DNA of 64,000 nucleotides. It comes from Abditibacteriaceae bacterium. GTDB taxonomy: Bacteria > Armatimonadota > Abditibacteriia > Abditibacteriales > Abditibacteriaceae. Below are positions 59,381-64,000 of the stretch, piece by piece (positions within the stretch are counted from its first letter, which is position 1; each line of letters starts with the position of its first letter). The position numbers were made by a program, and so were the translations under genes. Below the pieces are notes generated by a model. The model ran no database searches, was not told the origin of the DNA, and saw only the letters and a list, made by a program, of their open reading frames with translations. The stretch spans positions 3,584,001 to 3,648,000 of the forward strand of contig OZ255721.1 of the NCBI GenBank assembly GCA_965277285.1, in the 5' to 3' direction.

Positions 59381-59542
59381 AACCGCAGAGGCGCCAAGAC
59401 GCGGAGAAAAAATAAGGGTTTGGTCATTCTGAGCGCAGCGAAGAATCTGGCGTAAAGGTAGATTCTTCGCTGCGCTCAGAATGACAAAGTGCAGATTTTG
59501 AGCAATCAAAATTTCTTGGCGAACTTGGCGTCTTGGCGGTTT
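59381..59542. repeat. Nested repeat: AACCGC..CGCCAAG outer arms around a GTCATTCTGAG hairpin
   Basis: Inner perfect hairpin 59423-59485; outer AACCGCAGAGGCGCCAAG / CTTGGCGTCTTGGCGGTT. Confidence 0.8.
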
Positions 59543-59557
59543 TAGAAATCTCAAATT

Positions 59558-60676
59558 ATGACAACAATTGAAGTTCCCGTTGAAATCAGCGACCCGATAA
59601 ACGCGCAGATTTTGAGCGTTTCCGAAGACAGAATTCAAGGTTTTCAAGCCGATCCATTCGGCGAAATCGCGCGTTTGTCCGATGTTCCCAAAGATCGAGT
59701 ACTCGAACGCGTGCGCGCCATGCTGGAAAGCGGCACGATTCGCCGCGTGCGTCAAACTTTGATGGCGACTAATCTCGCGCCGGGTTCGCTGGTCGCGTGG
59801 CAAGTGCCCGAAGAAAAACTGCAATCGGCTTTCGATTGGATGTTTCAAAACGATCCGTTTTCCGGCCATGTCGTGATTCGCACGACCGATGCGCCGATTA
59901 AAGGCGCGCGTTATCGTTTGTGGACGACATTGAAAGTGCCAGAAGGCTTTTCGATGGTGCGTCATTGCGAATTGCTGTGCGAAAAAACTGGCGCTTTGTC
60001 CTTTAAATTGATGCCTGCGAAATGTCTGTTTGTGCTCGGCGTTGGCCACATCCGGCGCAAGAATATGGAAATCGGCAGCAAATCCGATGAATTGGCCGAA
60101 GTGACGAATACGGAAATCGTTCAATTGAACGAAGAAGAATGGCGCGTTCTGGTCGCTTTGAAACGCGAATTTGAAGTCGAAGAGCTGACGGAAAACTTGT
60201 GGGAAAATCGCGCGCAGGAAGCCGAAGTTTCGCTCGATGAGTTCATCCAAGTCGCGCAAAACCTTAGCGCGCGCGGCGTCATTGGAAGATTCTCGACGTT
60301 TCTGGAACACGTCAAACCGTCGTCTGCGGGCGAGCGCGTGACGCGTTTCAATGCGCTGTTTCACTGGGCGGTTCCAGTCGGGCGCGAAATCGAAGCGGGG
60401 CGCGAAGTCGGGCGATTCGATATTATGACACACGCGTATTGGCGCGAAGGCGGCCCGGAATTCAACAACGTCAACATCATGGGCGTGGCGCACGGAACCG
60501 ATAAGAATCGAGTACTCGGACACAAAGCCGCGATGGATGAACACTTGAAAAATGTCGGTATTCCTGTTTCTTACACCAACGTTTTCTGGGGCGGGCGCAG
60601 CGAAATCAAACCCAGCGAAATCTCGCCCATCGCTTACAAAAGTTGGGCGCATCAGATTGGTTTGAAATCGGATTAA
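59558..60676 (+). CDS. Fused Lrp/AsnC-like protein, AhbA/AhbB (NirDLGH) siroheme decarboxylase-like
   Basis: Two HTH + Lrp-like halves; PFGEIA, GTIRR, LVAW; THAYWR..NIMGVAHG. Confidence 0.7.
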   Translation: MTTIEVPVEISDPINAQILSVSEDRIQGFQADPFGEIARLSDVPKDRVLERVRAMLESGTIRRVRQTLMATNLAPGSLVAWQVPEEKLQSAFDWMFQNDPFSGHVVIRTTDAPIKGARYRLWTTLKVPEGFSMVRHCELLCEKTGALSFKLMPAKCLFVLGVGHIRRKNMEIGSKSDELAEVTNTEIVQLNEEEWRVLVALKREFEVEELTENLWENRAQEAEVSLDEFIQVAQNLSARGVIGRFSTFLEHVKPSSAGERVTRFNALFHWAVPVGREIEAGREVGRFDIMTHAYWREGGPEFNNVNIMGVAHGTDKNRVLGHKAAMDEHLKNVGIPVSYTNVFWGGRSEIKPSEISPIAYKSWAHQIGLKSD

Positions 60677-60731
60677 CCACCAAGACACAAAGGGCACCAA
60701 GATTTTATTCTTCTTGGTGCTCTTTGCGGTT
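60675..60731. repeat. Short AACCAC-AAG-type inverted repeat
   Basis: CAAAGGGCACCAAGA..TCTTGGTGCTCTTTG, flanked by AACCAC / GCGGTT. Confidence 0.55.
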
Positions 60732-60790
60732 GTATAAAGGCCGATTTGTTGAAGTCATAGGCCACATTACTACATATCAAGGGACTTTCG

Positions 60791-61536
60791 ATGAACCCGT
60801 TGTGGACTTTGGCGGCTTTGGCGGTCATGTTTTACGTTGGATTGCCGTTGTTGATTTTATTCAGTCAGAAGATGCAGGCGCGTCCGCAGTTTGTGGCGAT
60901 TGATCCCTCGAATGTGCCGCTGGAAGTGACACGCTATTTTTCGACGGTGGTGCCCGAACTGGAAAGGGAAGGCTTTCGCGTGATGGCTTCGCTGGGAATG
61001 CCCAATCCGGCGCCGAACGTACAAACGTTTTTGGTTATGTTGGTGCATCGCAGCGCGGGTGATAAAGCGATGGTGACGGTTGTGCAAACGACCAATCCGA
61101 ACGTGCCGATTTTGGAAGCGGCCCCGATTTCGATACCTCGACGATGGCGACGCCAGGCGTTTTTCGCCATGACGCACAGACAACGAAAACGCGATTGCCT
61201 TCAGTCAAGGATCCGCACTTGCTTTATCAAATCCATCGCTGGGTGATGTCGCAGAAAAAACCGTCTGGTTCAAAAATCACTTATAAAGAAGGCGAAGCGA
61301 CGAGTTATTTGTCGCGCGTTCTGGTCGAAGATTACGAGCGACAGGTGCGCTTTGGCCGCCTGAGATTGGATTCCGCCAGTGGCGTTTATCGCCCGACAAT
61401 TATTGGCGCCTATTTGATGACATGGGGTTTATTGTGGCCGATAAAACCGATTCGCATGATGTTGATGAAGTCGCGCGAGCAAGCGACATTGCGCGCCTTT
61501 CGCGCCACGCAAGGCAACGCCGCGACAAGTTTCTGA
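60791..61536 (+). pseudogene. Frameshifted membrane-anchored protein, paralogue of 61559-62329
   Basis: N-half (60791-about 61110) and C-half (FGSGPDFDTSTMATPGVFR..LMTW) lie in different frames; both align with the neighbour. Confidence 0.7.
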
Positions 61537-61558
61537 AGAACATGGGAGCGCGTTATTC

Positions 61559-62329
61559 ATGGTTTGGTTCGTAGTGGCGTGTTTCGTGGTGGCTTCGCTG
61601 TGGGATTTTGTTAACAGGCCGGTTAAGAGCTATCAAACGCTGCGCGTGCAGGCGCGACCGATTGTTGAAGCGATTGAACCGGCCAACATGCCGCAAGGAG
61701 CGGCGTCTTACTTCGCGCAAATCGTTGCACAACTTGAAGCGGAAGGTTTTCAAGTGATGGGTTCGCTGAAGAGACCAAATGCCGTGAACAACGTGTGCAC
61801 ATACACCGTTTTGATGTTGAATAGTGCATCTGGGGATCAAGCATCCCTTATCATCGCTGCGCATGAAAAAGATCATGCGTTGCGCGCCGCTTCCAAAACC
61901 ATCGTTTTCGATACACGCTTTGAGAGCGGCGAAAGATTTTCGACCGCCAATATCAAAACGCCAGGCGTTTTTCGTTATGGTGCCAAAGACATTAACACGC
62001 GCTTGCCTACGACCGAAGACGCTCGGCTGATATATCAAATTCATTGCTGGGTGATGAGCCTCCAGCATCCCACGAGCGCGAAAGTGACATTTGAGCAGCA
62101 CGAAGCTGTGCCGCATTACATCGAATCCATCATCGAATCGTATGAAAAACAGGTGAGTTTTGGTCGCTTCAGCAAAGACCCGAGCGGCGATTTTTATCGC
62201 CCAACGTGGAAAGGCGCGTTCCTGATGACATGGCCTTTGCTGTATCCGCTGAAAGACTTTTATCTCTGGCAAATTAAAAGGCGAGAACAAACGACTTTGC
62301 AGGCTTTTCATGCCGTTAATCACCTTTGA
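61559..62329 (+). CDS. Hypothetical membrane-anchored protein
   Basis: Intact 256-aa ORF; shares LE.EGF.VM, TPGVFR, YQIH.WVMS and GA.LMTW with the upstream paralogue. Confidence 0.75.
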   Translation: MVWFVVACFVVASLWDFVNRPVKSYQTLRVQARPIVEAIEPANMPQGAASYFAQIVAQLEAEGFQVMGSLKRPNAVNNVCTYTVLMLNSASGDQASLIIAAHEKDHALRAASKTIVFDTRFESGERFSTANIKTPGVFRYGAKDINTRLPTTEDARLIYQIHCWVMSLQHPTSAKVTFEQHEAVPHYIESIIESYEKQVSFGRFSKDPSGDFYRPTWKGAFLMTWPLLYPLKDFYLWQIKRREQTTLQAFHAVNHL

Positions 62330-62342
62330 ATATCCGACATCG

Positions 62343-62376
62343 AAAAGGGAGAATCGAGTACTCAATTCTCCCTTTT
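62343..62376. terminator. Bidirectional hairpin centred on GAGTACTC
   Basis: AAAAGGGAGAAT-CGAGTACTCA-ATTCTCCCTTTT between convergent genes. Confidence 0.72.
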
Positions 62377-62379
62377 GGC

Positions 62380-63324
62380 TTAACGGTTTGTCGTATTGGC
62401 CGTTTGATTATTCGCCAAGCTCTCGGGCGGTGGCACAACCGAAACATCAACTGCGCCGGATGCGGTGGAAGTCGCTTCGCTGCCCGTCAGAATGCGCGTT
62501 TCGTCGGGATGAAGGCCAGTTTGGTCTTCGGGTTCGGTGTCTTTGAAAGTCAGGCTGCCATCGAGCGGCAAGCTGTCGTCGTCAATATCGGGGTGCGGTT
62601 TGGTGAAAGCGACGCCGGTCGGAACCTGGCCGCGAAAATCTTCTTCAGCGCCTTCGGGCGAATCGTTGTTCATGGCGTTTACTCCTTGTGAAATCGCGCT
62701 CTTTTGTCGCAAATGCGCCGCCGCTTTCCCTTCCTTTTCGCCGTTTGACAAAGGTTGTGGAATCCATGCTGCGAACTTGCGATTTAATTCGGCGCATCGA
62801 GTACTCGAACTTAGAATTAAGTCGGCGCCGCCATCATACGGCGCATAAACTTCGCCGCTTTCGAGCGACACGAAAACGATGTAATCTTCTTCGTCATCGG
62901 CAACTGCGTGAATCAGTTCATCGAACTGTCCGGCTTTCCAACGCACGGGCGCGCACCAGAAGTTCATCGCCATTTGTGCCGGTTCATCTTCGTCGGTTGT
63001 CGATTGGAAGAGCGACCAGGTGGTTTCTCGCAGGCCAGGCAATTGTTGGCGCGACGTGTCCCATTGCGGATGACCTTGCGGGCGACCGACGAAAATCAAG
63101 CCGCGCGCGCCATCGCCCAGAACCGCAGTCGCAACCGTATTGTGTCGCGTCAGCAAAATCGAGTACTCATCCGACGTTTCGGCGTAACGTTTCTCGCCTG
63201 GCAGCGAATGGATGCGCAGCCAACGTTCGCCATGTTCGACGCGCAAAATATGACCGAGCGGCGGCATGAATTCATATTGCGCAAGACCATAACGCGCGTG
63301 CCACCAACGTCGTAGTTTTTCCAT
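62380..63324 (-). CDS. DUF3885-like protein running in frame into a small acidic ORF (internal RBS + ATG at 62673)
   Basis: WLRIHSLPGEKRYA, YAPYDGGADL; AAGGAG-N7-ATG before MNNDSPEG. Confidence 0.65.
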   Translation of the reverse strand: MEKLRRWWHARYGLAQYEFMPPLGHILRVEHGERWLRIHSLPGEKRYAETSDEYSILLTRHNTVATAVLGDGARGLIFVGRPQGHPQWDTSRQQLPGLRETTWSLFQSTTDEDEPAQMAMNFWCAPVRWKAGQFDELIHAVADDEEDYIVFVSLESGEVYAPYDGGADLILSSSTRCAELNRKFAAWIPQPLSNGEKEGKAAAHLRQKSAISQGVNAMNNDSPEGAEEDFRGQVPTGVAFTKPHPDIDDDSLPLDGSLTFKDTEPEDQTGLHPDETRILTGSEATSTASGAVDVSVVPPPESLANNQTANTTNR

Positions 63325-63334
63325 GTGCTTTGTT

Positions 63335-63904
63335 TTACTTCCAACTCGAGAGAAGAAACCTTTGCTCGACATCGGGTGTGGGACCGTATCCGTGCTTTTT
63401 TGATGTTTTTGTGCTAACAGCGAATAAATTGGTGCGTTGTGTTTTGTCCTGTGGAAGCTCAATCACGATTTCGTCTGTCATTTGGTCTTCTGCTTTCTCC
63501 AAATAACCGGAAACGCTAATCGCTGTGACCTTAACAGCGCCTTTTGTATACAAACCCTTTACAAAATTCAAGGCTTTCTCATTTTTCAAGTACGAATTGT
63601 CGTCAACGCCCAAGTCCGAACTCAAAGTTTTGAATGGCGCAAGCGAAGATTCAAGCCAATAAAGCGCCTCCACCGACGTGTACCATTGCGTCTTCTGCTC
63701 GAGTTTCAAGTCCAACCGGGCATAGACTTCCTGCAATTCTGCGCGTGTAGGCGGCTTTTTGAGTGGCATCGTCAAAATCTGTTGAAAAATCTGGCGCTCT
63801 TGTCCAGTCAATGAACGCGTCACAAGAATGCCGTCGATTTCTTCTTCGCGTTGATTTGTGAGCAACCAACGCTCAAGTTTTTGGATGTCGGTTTCTTTCG
63901 CCAT
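63335..63904 (-). CDS. Hypothetical protein
   Basis: About 190-aa ORF ending 10 nt before the next start; AT-richer DNA. Confidence 0.6.
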   Translation of the reverse strand: MAKETDIQKLERWLLTNQREEEIDGILVTRSLTGQERQIFQQILTMPLKKPPTRAELQEVYARLDLKLEQKTQWYTSVEALYWLESSLAPFKTLSSDLGVDDNSYLKNEKALNFVKGLYTKGAVKVTAISVSGYLEKAEDQMTDEIVIELPQDKTQRTNLFAVSTKTSKKHGYGPTPDVEQRFLLSSWK

Positions 63905-64000
63905 TATGCTTTCTAATTTACTGCATAAATTGAACACGCGGCAGATAGAACGAACCGCTAAACTCGTCTTTCATGAACTCTCAATCTCTTCAAGAACTCA

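Larger units (their letters stand above)
1600..63170. repeat. Dispersed highly iterated 12-bp palindrome TCGAGTACTCGA (core GAGTACTC)
   Basis: Perfect copies start at about 1600,1946,3551,4619,5614,8498,8900,10079,13796,15579,16423,16964,18200,20180,22509,23245,24685,26097,26265,27240,28604,29459,32659,36709,37964,39197,42466,44382,44797,46323,46826,47672,49864,50732,52050,54005,54558,55258,56864,57490,59695,62797; about 19 more core-only copies. Confidence 0.97.

Noticed and set aside
1600..63170. TCGAGTACTCGA as a linker, adapter or assembly artefact
   Set aside because: Copies preserve reading frames, coincide with conserved protein motifs (RadA FDRVLGGG) and show protein-compatible mismatches, which an artefact would not.
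1600..63170. The palindrome as a CRISPR repeat or ordinary transcription-factor operator
   Set aside because: It is too short and irregularly spaced for CRISPR, and no cas genes are present. More than half of the copies are inside coding regions with no promoter bias.

Overview
GC-rich bacterial chromosomal window, probably from an Armatimonadota/Abditibacteriota-like diderm (inferred from gene repertoire only). It carries housekeeping genes (pyrE, sucD, radA-PIN/TRAM-ispD-ispF-hpf, PTPS-folE, tRNA-Gly), a four-gene DUF11 surface-protein operon, a PAS hybrid kinase/REC/PP2C cluster, an orphan Flp pilin, a decayed IS1595-family element and several nested REP/MITE-like repeat families. The dominant unexplained signal is the 12-bp palindrome TCGAGTACTCGA. 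By hand I counted about 42 perfect copies and about 19 more with the GAGTACTC core, against about 0.004 perfect copies expected by chance. It lies in intergenic DNA and in all three reading frames of genes (RVL/EYS/SSTR), and paired copies build long terminator-like hairpins. It looks like a HIP1- or DNA-uptake-sequence-like genome-wide signal. A Cys-rich leader ORF plus terminator upstream of a DUF1559 gene is a candidate cysteine-sensing attenuator. Counts and coordinates are manual and approximate.
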